Part shown: positions 27,601-39,579 of the stretch, in pieces
How positions within the stretch are numbered: the first letter of the stretch is position 1
Layout: each line of letters begins with the position of its first letter
From: Proteromonas lacertae
Lineage: Eukaryota
Length of the DNA: 64,000 nucleotides
Reading direction: 5' to 3'
NCBI GenBank assembly: GCA_002245135.1
Contig: NGBS01001173.1
Span: 1-64,000, forward strand
Program-made: the position numbers and the translations under genes
Notes under the pieces: generated by a model
What the model was told of the DNA's origin: nothing
Seen by the model: the letters and a program-made list of their open reading frames with translations, nothing else
The model's database searches: none

Positions 27601-30600
27601 GTATAGATAATGCATTTGTTTATATTGTATTGAACTATAAAGAAGATTTTGAATTTACCAAATATATAACAGAAATATTAGATTATGATAGTGAAAAGAT
27701 ATGTTTATACCATTTCAATAGTCATTCTGATTATTATGTAAGTCATTTAAATGAATTGAATAATCAATATTTTACAATCACAAATCCATTCTATTTAGAT
27801 GATTCAGAAAATGCAAGATTGATTAAAGATATAATGAAAGATATCAATTTCCCATTTGATTCATTATATTCATCATTATTCTATATAACAAGAACAGCTT
27901 ATTATGTAGATAGAGAATGTTTGTCAAGCTTTTCAGATTTATTTTCCACCAATCTTACTTATAGTGTTTCACACTATTTCTCAAGCTATTTGTCAAACCA
28001 TCAAATCAATACTCCAGTATCAATTAAATATTTTAAGAGTTATAATCATTCATATTATCTACCATCTCCTAATTATTATGTTTATACCACTACTTATTAT
28101 ATGAATGAATCGACTAGTCCTTTAAATAAAATTCCAGTTGAAATATGTGATTTAGATTCAAGTCAACAAATACGTTATTTTAACCCATATTATGCAGCTT
28201 TAGTATATGATTCAACATTAATGTCAAATATATTCTTAAATGAATATGAATTGAGTTTAAATGTCTTGTTAAATTCCCTGCAATTGAATAACAAAGATAA
28301 TATTTTAATACTATTAAAAGTAGATATGAATAAATACAATAGTGTTAATGAAATAATCACTTATTTAAAATCTCAAAAAATAACTTATATTTTTGGAGGA
28401 TATTTCTATTCCATTTTAGAGGAATTTTTACCTCATTTAAAGCCTAATAATATGATGTTTTGGTATATCAGTTTTCTGCCTGGTTACGATATATGTGATG
28501 ATAATGTATTACCATTTTACATATCATTAAAATCATTGTTAGTACTATCACCACTTGAAAGATTAAGAATTATTATATATACAAATTCAACACCATATCA
28601 TCGCTGCGCAACTGAATTTAGTGATGTATTAAATGAACAAAATAATCCAACATATTTATTAGCAGTAAATCGACCATTAAATAAAGAAAATTTGAATAAA
28701 ATAGCAAGTGAATTACTATCTGTGATGGTTGTAGATTCAACGATTGTATTTATATTAAGAACAGATGATGAAGCAATAGTAATTCCCTATTTGAAGAAGA
28801 TATTAGCATTATCTGATTCTTTGCCAAATTATTCATATACCTCATTCTCTGATTTCTCAATAATAAAGAGTAATAATGACGATTATTATCACAATAATCC
28901 ATTTAGTGATATTAAGTTTGTAACAGTAGTAGATATATTAACAGGTAATAGTTTTATTAACAGTATTAAAGATTTATACGAAACATTTAATATTATTAAC
29001 AGTTTCCCATCATCTATTGATTTCTACACTTATCAAGGGATTAATTTCTTTATTTCTGTGTTTCAAAAGTGTAGTATGACCGATTTTCAGTGTGTTAGAA
29101 AAGAATTTAATCACTTAACTCAAGTTTCACAGAATCCTGATTTAGATATAATGCCATTTCAAAGATCTGCAACTATAGCGACAAGATTGAAAGATGGTTC
29201 GATAATTGGATCATATTATTTGAATATATCTTATTACCCTGATATTGATGACTTAACAATTAATAGTAATTGCATAAGTAGTCAAAATAATAATAATAAT
29301 GTTGGTAATGGTAATGGTAATGATAATATAGTTGAAGAATGTCATGATTGTTTTGTTATTGCTATTTTACTAGATACATCTTTAGCAGAAATAGAATATT
29401 TTCAATATTATTTATCATTTTTAACATTTATCAATTCGCTTTATCCTAATAATAAAGTTGGTAGATATACAATCAAGGTTAGAAAGTATTTATATAAAGG
29501 AAATGTAACATCATTTATTGATGATATATGGAGAGATATAGATAAGACTGGAATCTATTTTAGTTTAACTCCATATATATTAGATGAGTTAGAAGAAATA
29601 ATGAATAAGAAAAAGAAAGTAATGTATTTCCTATATGATTATGCAGGTTCAAAATGTTCACCTTATATTTTTTATTTAGGTTTATCTTCTTATTCGAAAA
29701 TTTACCCAGCTATAAATTGGGTGTACGAACATTGTGATACAAGTTTTCTCTTATTTCCAATCACTAAATATGGTAAAGAAGAATATCAATTGTTCTTAAA
29801 AGAGATGTATAATATGTTATTAATAAAACCAGTCAATGTTTATGGTATTTCTCAGAATGTTACTCATTTAGAAGATATTGTAGTTAGTATACAGAAGAAT
29901 AGTGAAGGAATAGGATGTATTATAAACCTGTTAAAAGATACAACAACAAATTTTCTAATAGAAACTATGAATAATCACTTAACAAAAAGTAGTTCTTTAT
30001 TGTTATTAAGTGTGAATCTTTATTTTTCTAAATTCAATGTATTGTCAACTAAAATACCTCATCATATTTTAACTTACTATAATGCTGCTTCAATATTCGA
30101 TAATAAAGTGTATAAACCATTTTTAAATTCATATGAAGCAACTTATGGAGTTGAATTAGATGTTAATATTGTTTTATATAATACAATGAATGCATTAATT
30201 GCAATGAAAACATCACTTCGTAGATCAAATATTCCAAATTATGGGTCTGATTCTAATTTTGTCGATTTATATAAATATGTGGAAATAATTAGTGATAACT
30301 ACAAATTGACTTTTACTGAATCACATCACTTATCTTTACCTCGTTATCTATATCGTTATGATACTCAAATTAATAAGGAAAATAGTGATACTATTATTAT
30401 TGAAGATGAAAGTGGAGTTAGATATAAGAATTACGAATTAATATTTAAATCAGCTTCTGTATATAAACCTCAATTATACTCACCAACTTCATCATTAATT
30501 TGCACTAGTAAAAATAATGGTGAGAAAATATCAGAACATGAAGCTAAGTATGTCTACAATATGGGATTTGCTTTCAGTTATACAGGAATGTTTTATACAG

Positions 30601-33600
30601 TAGAATATAAGAATATCTTATCAGCATATGCTAGTTATTTTGATTTAACAGAGAATTTAGAATGTGAAGATCAACAGCAGAGTAACATTAAAATAAAACT
30701 TACAGTGTTTGATATAAAATCGAATTATGATTATTGTGATGAAATATTGAAAATATTCAACTCTTCATTTGATTATATCATTGTCGCTGCTGATTTCAAC
30801 TGTTTAAGTTTAATGGGAAAAAATATAAATGAAGATAATTCAACTAATAAAAAACCATATATATTTGAAACATATCCAACTTGTTCTTTCATATGTAATT
30901 CTAATGTAATTACTACAACAAGAAGTCCAAATCAATATTTGCCTACTATTATGGCTTATTTTAGTAATTATCTATCAACTAGAAAGATAATATATTTTGT
31001 TGTTGATAGCAGTGATGAAATATGTTGTCCACTTTATATGAATATAATTGAGAAATATGCTGCAGATGCAAATATCGAATATAGATTATATAATATTACT
31101 GATTATTCAGCAACATATATAATCAATGAAATATATAAAACTCCAGGATTAATTATTTCCATGATTTCTTTATTGAATTTTCAAGATTTTACTGGTGTTT
31201 ACACTCAATATAATATGGATAAAGATACTTGGCCTCTGGTTACAATAAACCTACCTTTCATTGTATTAAAAACATATTTGACAAAGAATCAATTAAATAA
31301 TATTTATATACCTTCTACATTTGCTAATAGTAGATATGTTAATGATATTTATGATAAATATTACTTAAATAATCTCAGATTACCTACTTCTGGTTATACT
31401 TATTTATCATTTTATATTATTAAAACACTCGTTTGTAGAGGATTAGAACCGAAAGATTTGTATGATGTTCCATTTAAAAATACACCAATGGGTGATTTTA
31501 CATTAATGTCCAACAACCATATTACATTGAATTTACAGTTATTAGTATATGAGTATGGTGAATCAAGAATAGCATTTCAAACAGCCTATCAGTTTATACC
31601 AGCTTTATATTCCTATTATACTGGTTATAATAAATATTTGTATTGTGATTTGAATGAAATTAATGATGGAAATACAAACAATGATTTGAAATATGATTTA
31701 GTTTATATTAGCTTATATATAGGTATTGAAACTACAGGAATAACTACTCCGAACTATCAGCGAAATATATTTTTATTACTTACTCAACTGACTAACAAAA
31801 TAGTAACTGCTACAATCAGAAGAACTCAATTTATACCAAAATTATATAATATTGTGAATGAAGAATCGTTATTAACGTTCTTTAATAGATTTATTAAAGA
31901 TAAAAATGCATTTCCAACTTGTTTTGTTGATATATCATCAACTTCGGTTGATAAAGTAATTCCACTCTTTGTCAAGCCAAATCCACAATTATTTTTCTAT
32001 ATGACATCTTCACATACTAATTATTGCTATCAGAACTTAGTGACAACTAAGAAATATTCATCTGTTGCTCAATCAATCGCAGTTCAACAATTAATGACAC
32101 TTTTCCCAGGAGTTAGTTTTATATTAATATATAGTGAATTATATAAAAATTATTATAATGTCTTAGCAAACCAAATGGCAACTGAAGGTGTATCAATATT
32201 AATCAACCAACAAATTGATAATTACGAAGAAATAGAAACGGATTTGAGGTATTTAATGTATAAAACTGAAGAATATATCATATTCATTGATATTGAAGAT
32301 TATTCTAAAGTGGAAGAGGTAGAAAACTTAGTATTTGAATTAAGAAATGATAATTCTCCTCCAGTTTATTATATTCAATTCTTTGAAGAAAATCCTAGTT
32401 TTATAAAAAAACCATATCATCTCTTTTATGGTGAATCATATAGAGTTAATTCATCACTAATGAATGATGATTTAAATAAATTATATAATAGTACTTATAC
32501 ATCAATAGATACATTCGATCCATTTGTTATTAGTCATTATTTTCAAGTTTTACAGTTATATATGATATGGTATGAAACGACTCTAAATTCAGAAAGTCCA
32601 AATAACTTAACAGGCATTTATTATAAAGTAGTCAATACAACATATGGAGATTTTATACTGAATCCATCTAATATCATATCAGGACCTTTGTTTTTATCAT
32701 ATTATAGTGATAATCGTGTATTATATGAATATAAATTACCATCATTTCTACCAACAGCAACTTTAAGAATTGATGTGAATCCTAATAACAATATAACAAT
32801 CTGCGATTTCGTCAATTACAATGGTAATCCAACTTTAATACCAGTTTATGTTGCAATAATTAGTATAGATCCAACAATTAGTAAAATTCATGCACATCTA
32901 TCAATGGTTTTATTTAGAAATCTGATTATATCTCAAAAACTATACAATGGCTTACTAAAAACACATATTATAGTTCCATTAATCTATTATGTAAATAGTA
33001 ATGCTACTTATGGCAATCTGTTAAAAGAAATTATAGATTCAAATATATTTTTGACAATTATCAGTGTTACCAGTTATGATTTATCTCCATTTACAGAGAT
33101 TATTGGAAAACATAATATATTCTTCTTTAATGTTTTACATTCCACTATTTCTCATTGTACTCCCAATATATTTGATGTTGGTGCTTCTACACTGACATTT
33201 GCTAGGTATACTGTTATAGAATTATCAAAATTTGCAAAAATGGCAATTATCATAAAAACAGAAGATGATCCTTATTGTATTTCATTTGAAGAGAATTTAG
33301 CAAAGTTTTTACATAATACCAATACAGATATTACATCAGTAAGACTATCAGAATATGAAGAAAAATTAGACAAGATTATACCTCGTTGTTTAAGGAAATA
33401 TTATGGTGAATGTGCAATAGTAATTACAACAAGACAAACCTCTGCTTTGCCAATATATTTATACTTGGAGAAATTTAATATTACATTTGGTGTTGATATG
33501 GAATTATACTATTTTAGAGATGATATATTACTGAATGACACTTATAGAAGAATATTGAAGAATGCAGTTCAAATTGCTACATATTCAGCAAAAATATCTC

Positions 33601-36347
33601 CTGATAATACTGACAATTATAACACAGTAACAACAGAATTTACTGATTTCTTATCTCAGCAGTTTATTAATAAAATCCAACCACTTTCTATTATAGAAAA
33701 TGCGTATACAACAGCATCAGTGTTTATTAAACTATTACAGTCTACAAGTTCTTTAGGTTATAAAGATATGTTTAACAATATTAGAAATTTTTACTTTGAT
33801 ACTCCATCAGGACCAGCGTATTTTGGTAATGACCATACATTTATTCGAGATATGTTTTTTACACGAGTTACTACAGAATCATTATACCCAGTAATAGAAG
33901 AATCTAGAAGGATAGTAAATCCAGTATATTTATTTCAACCTTGTCCATCAGAAAAGAAAGATGTAATAATTGGATTAATTTTTGATTTTGATGATGAAAA
34001 TATGCGAACATCTCAGATCTCATATGCTTTAATAGTTGAATTAATCATAAACCAGAATCAAATTGGTGGAATAAATAATAGACAGATTAAGTCTCAATTA
34101 TATTCGCTATTTCATGATAAAGACAAAGATGAAGCTACAATTGTTCAATTGTTAGTTAATCCTGAGATATCAATTATTATTGGATGTTATACAACTTATT
34201 GTCACAATTTATTAGTTCCAAGAATGATTAATTCTAACAAATTATTATATTCTTTATCATATATACAAAAACCATTTTGTAATAAAAATGTAATTAGTTT
34301 GGGCTTAACCACTTATCATCGAATCAATCAAACACTCGATTCAATCGAATTGAATGAATTAAAGACTCTAATTTTAATATATACTAAAGGAAATGATATT
34401 AGTTTTTATAAAGATTTTAATATCACCTTTGCTAAGGAATATGCAGTTAATGATAAAGATGAAGGAGAAGCTCAAGATGAGTTTGATGATATAATTGAAG
34501 GAATTGAAAAATTATCAGAAAATAATGGAATAACAGTCTTTAACACTTTATCTGGAAGATTATTAACATTGTTTGAAGAGAAATATATTTATCATAACTT
34601 CTCAACGAATAGAGTATTGCAATTCTTATATGACATATCTGAAAATGAAATTGGAATCAATATAATGTCTAATTTAAATGGTCATATGGTAATTCGTTCA
34701 TTTATTGAGAATTCGAATGATCATTTATCAATGTTATTTGAAACTTTGGTTCATAAAAGACTTGGTAAAAATATACATGTTATTCAAGACTTTGCTTTGT
34801 ATGATGTCGCTTTGAAACTTCTATTAAATGCTTATAAGCTATCATCTCAATTGAAAAATGAAGATAGTATTAATGAAAATGAATTAACAATGGAATTAGA
34901 AATTGATTATCTAAGAAGAGCTTCACAATTAAGTGAAATAGAAACTTCCTGTGGTAATATCATTGTTACTGAAAGTAATAACTTACTATATACATTTGAA
35001 GTTGGTCAAATATCTGCTTTAGGTACAATTATGTCAGTAAGAAGTGATACAAGACCATCAACTCCACAAATACATGATAGAGATAATATATGTAATTATG
35101 GTCCAATTATAAAGACATTTAAATTTGATACTTGGCTGTTAGGCTTAGTGTATGGTATTTCTAGTATATTTTGGTTATTAATGATCTGCTGTATGATCTT
35201 AATTATTGTATTTCATCGAAGATTAAAGACATCTAGTCCTATATTCTTATGTTATTTTGTTATTACTAGTTTGATTACTATAATGTTGTTAGGTTTGTTT
35301 AATACAGGTGTTTTTAATAAATGGAATTGTCAAGTGGTAGTTGGTTTGCTATTCTTATTCGCATGTAATGGATTTTCAGCTTTAGTTTTTAGAACTTGGA
35401 GAATTCATGCGATTTATAATAATGCTAAAATGACAAGACATCGTGTATCTGATACAGCTGTTTTTATACATATTGCATATATTGTAATACCTGATGTTAT
35501 ATTAACAATTATCTGGATGTTCACAGGAAAGATTGCTACTTATAATCGATCTAAATCAGTACAAGATAGTACATCCCTAGAAATCGTATATGTTGAAAGG
35601 TGTGAAATAGAATTATCATTTGCTGTTGTCCAAAGTTTATTAATCGTTATATTATTAATTTTTGGTATTTATTTCTCATGGAAAACTCGAAAGACAAGTT
35701 CAGAATTTAATGATTCAAAAGCATTGCCCACTGGTATTGGTTTTATTACATTAATTTATATTATGACGGTGTTATTAGAAGCATCATTGACATATGAATT
35801 AGCTGTTAAATTTATTGTTGAAACGATAGGTACATCGTGTTTTTTCTTCATTGTTTTAGCCTTATTAACATTTCCAAAATTATATAAAATTATATATTCT
35901 GAAAAAGGTAGAATATTCCCATCCTCTTCATTTTCTGCAGGTAATAATAATAATAATAATAAAGATAATAATAATTCATCAGTGAAAAAGGTTATCGAAA
36001 AATCAGGCACTACACTTCCTCCTAAAAAAACAGGAAAATCAACCAATGAAAGTACAAAAACACAAATTCCGCCAATTTCTAGAATTAATAAAGATCATGA
36101 ATCTACACTGGATCGTTTAAATAAATATACTTCTCCTATGAAATCAGCAAAAAGAAAAGAAAATGATTTATCAACATCTAGTAAGATAATTATAGGAGGA
36201 GGAAATTCGAAAGAAATTGAAAATGGAGATTCAAAACAATCATTGAAAAATGATAGTCCTGGGAATAGAAATAGTACAGTTACTACATCCGTTGCTTTGC
36301 CAGGTTCAACTATTACAATTAGAGTGAATTCAACTTGTCAGTTATAA
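24679..36347 (+). CDS. Giant class C-like (GABA-B/Grl-type) 7TM receptor with about nine tandem periplasmic-binding-protein type 1 (Venus flytrap) domains, about 3,800 aa
   Basis: Signal peptide at 24679. Introns at 24989-25017, about 25996-26030, 26116-26155 and 26512-26587, plus one frame break at about 27220. The C-terminal 7TM (about 35130-35880) has the class C motifs KTSSPIFL, RTWRIHAIY, ERC, WKTRK...FNDSK and FPK. Confidence 0.8.
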
Positions 36348-36384
36348 TATTATTTGAAATTTATTTATATATTTATGTATTATT

Positions 36385-37657
36385 TTTCATTCTTGTTATA
36401 TATATATAAACTAGTTCTAAATGCTCACTAGATGGATTGTTAAAGATAAAAAGTAATCTGTAGAGCTTATGAATGTAAAAATAATCAAAAATTTTGAGCG
36501 TCGGTGGTCCAGTGGCATGATACTTCCCTGCCACGGAAGAGACCCGGGTCCGATTCCCGGCCGACGCAATTTACTTTTTACTTTTTTATTCTTTTTAAAA
36601 ACACAATTATAGAATTAGATTTTATAGATAGTGTTAATTATCAACATCTTTTGTTATGTATTTCTGCACAACTAATGAAATGTTTCTATAAAAGAGTCTA
36701 ATTCTTTTTCTTCTATATTTTCTTTTACACTTATTATTAATTCTTCAACATATTCAAATACTTTTTTATTTTCTTTCATTAATCTCAATTCACTTTCATT
36801 TAGTTTATTTCCACCAAGATTAAGTCTTTCTAATGGATGATATTCTTTTACTCTTTCTATCAACATTTTTAATCCTTTCTCACTCATTCCTACATCTATT
36901 CATATTTTTATAATTATATTATATAAATACTTAATAAACATAAACAGGAACAATCTATTACAAATTTATCTAAATATTTACATATTTTCTCTATTTCATC
37001 ATCTCCAATTTCATTATTGAATATTGAAATATTGATCATTTTATCTGATAAATCATCCATTAATTCTTTTAATCCTTTTGAGCTAATTCGATTATTGAAT
37101 AAATTTAGTTTTCTAAAATGAATCTGTTTTATTAATTTAATATGAGAATCAGTCAAATTCATATCTATTTCATTACATTCTACATTTATATACTTGAAAA
37201 ATCATAATAATCATCATTATAACCTCTCTTCTTCTTTTTAATACAATAATTCAAATAATATTCCACTTCTTCATTTGACCATAATGTATTTTTCATTTTC
37301 TAATGATTTTTTACAAACTGCTTTTAATCCATTCATTCTAATATTATTCCCACTTAGATTTATTAGGTGACATTCGGAAAATGAATCTAATTCTTTTGCT
37401 AATAATATCACACTTTTATCATCTATTGATGTATTACTCAAATCCATATCATTATCGCTATCATATAATTTACATAAAATATTCTGTAATAATTTAAATC
37501 CACCATTTCCAATTGGATTATCTATTAAAAATTTATTATATATATTATAACATATATACCATGAATGAATAATTTTGCAATAATATCATTTTCTTTCAAA
37601 TAATTCATCAAATATTCTATTCCAACTGAATCTATATTATTATCACTTATATCAAGT
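36385..37657 (+). repeat. Outer inverted-repeat arm, left (pairs with 50887-52162)
   Basis: Reverse complement of 50887-52162. I saw only two substitutions plus a small indel at the outer edge. The ORF track shows identical mirrored ORFs. Confidence 0.95.
36498..36568 (+). tRNA. tRNA-Gly (GCC)
   Basis: Acceptor stem GCGTCGG/CCGACGC, anticodon arm CTTCC-CTGCCAC-GGAAG, T arm CCGGG-TCCGATT-CCCGG. Followed by T-runs (Pol III terminator). Confidence 0.92.
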
Positions 37658-39078
37658 TCAATCTGTATATTAACATTCTTTAAACCATCAACTATGTATT
37701 TTAACCCTTCCGAAGATAATCCCATTTCTATTAAATATAATATAATGTTACTAATACGTGAACAATCGATTGTGTTTAGGAAATATATTAATAAATCTAA
37801 ATGAGGAGATAACATTTTCACTCCTTCATCTCCTATTTCATTTCAATTTAAACTAAAGTATTTGAGATTAGGAAATGATGAAAAACTGCTCATTAATAAT
37901 TCTACACTTTTATATGTTAATCTATTATCTTAAAAATAGAAACATATCAAATAATACACATCAAATATAATATTTTAATTTCTGTTAATTGAAAAGATGT
38001 TAAAGAAATGAATGATTTGAAAATATCATCATCCATTTCTGAATTCCTCAGAAATAACAGATTAAGATCATCTATGATATATTTAATCTATTGTGGAATG
38101 CGTTTATCAATCAATAATTCTTTACATCCATTATAATCAAATTTGACATTTGCTATAGGAAATTTGGAGAATAAGGCTATTAAGCCTTTAGAGCGAATAT
38201 TTTTGTTATATGTAATATTAATTCTCATTAGCTGTGGATATTTGTGTAATTCTTCTGATAATAAAACCATTGATTCATCATCTAAATTCATCTCTTCAAG
38301 ATTTAATTCATTATCTTTGTTGATTAAGATATTCAAATATGGAAGTAATAGTTTGAATCCTTTTAAACCAACTGGATTATCTATTTCAAAATAGAATGAA
38401 AATTGAATGAATACTTTGAAGATGTAAATATTTAAATTTCGTCATTGGAATTGATTTTACAAATGATTCAAAGAAATGAAATGATAAAGATCTATATGAA
38501 ATAGCTATTTCTTGAAGATTGGATAATTGAGAAAATTATGATCCATATAATGATTGAAGTGGTATAGATAATGTATTTTCAGAATATTCTAAAGAATAAA
38601 ATAACAATAAAAATATATGAAATTAAGTTATGTTGGATTAATTAATTTCATTATTCTAAACAAATAATTCAATCCTTCTTCACATAAACAGAAATGATAT
38701 GTAGTAAAGATAATCATTTCTTCATTTTTATACTCATTATCAGTATTAAACATACCTTCATCTAAATAACATTCTTTACCTTTTTTACATTTATGAAATA
38801 TTTGAAACTTCAGTTTAAATTTTATTGATTCATCGTTTTTGTATAATTTCATCTTCAATAACACTGATAGTATTCTTTCATTAGCTTATCTATTGTAAGA
38901 TTCTATCAAATCATCTCGAATTTCTATTTTAGAATTATTATTATCGGTTATACTCATATAATATTCTTTCTTAAATATATTGTTTATTGATTTTATCTCC
39001 AATTTATCATACACTTGATTATTTTTTAAGATTTCTTTTATCTCATTAGACAGTAATTTCTTTCTCTTCTAATTCATA
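36672..39078 (-). pseudogene. LRR pseudogene of the pseudokinase-LRR family, kinase domain absent
   Basis: Colinear with 54547-56900 (ERILSVLLKMKLYK, LCEEGLNYLFRI, LRR exons) but contains in-frame stops and deletions. Confidence 0.75.
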
Positions 39079-39579
39079 TTTCAAACCTAGCATTGTACAT
39101 TATTCGTTTCATTTATACTATCGTTCAATAAATTTTCATCATTCTCTGATTTAATGGTACAACTAAAATTGCATTTGTTAATCTTTGTATAATTCTGTTG
39201 AAAAACATCTAACTGATATTGGTTTAGGAAGTACATGAATAATCTCGCAAACACTTAAAATTCTATAAATCTGTACATTTTATTCAATATATTATATTAC
39301 AAAAATACTGATCGAATAGTATGTATGCCCTATTTTAAATATCTGGGTAATGATTTAATCATCAAAATTTTGATTATGAAAAATAGAGTCGTTTCTATAT
39401 TTTTAAAAAGAATTTATATAGCTTTGTAGCAGTAAATAGTCATCGTTTATTACAACATAATAACTCTTACAATATCTACGATTTATTACACCAACAAAAT
39501 GATCAATTAAATATTACATTCGATAATAAAGAATAATAAAATATTTTCTAATTCACAACTATTAAGCTATAACTACTAA

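Noticed and set aside
36504..36701. Short ORF MVQWHDTSLPRK (and its mirror at 51843-52040)
   Set aside because: Overlaps the tRNA-Gly gene; a translation artefact.
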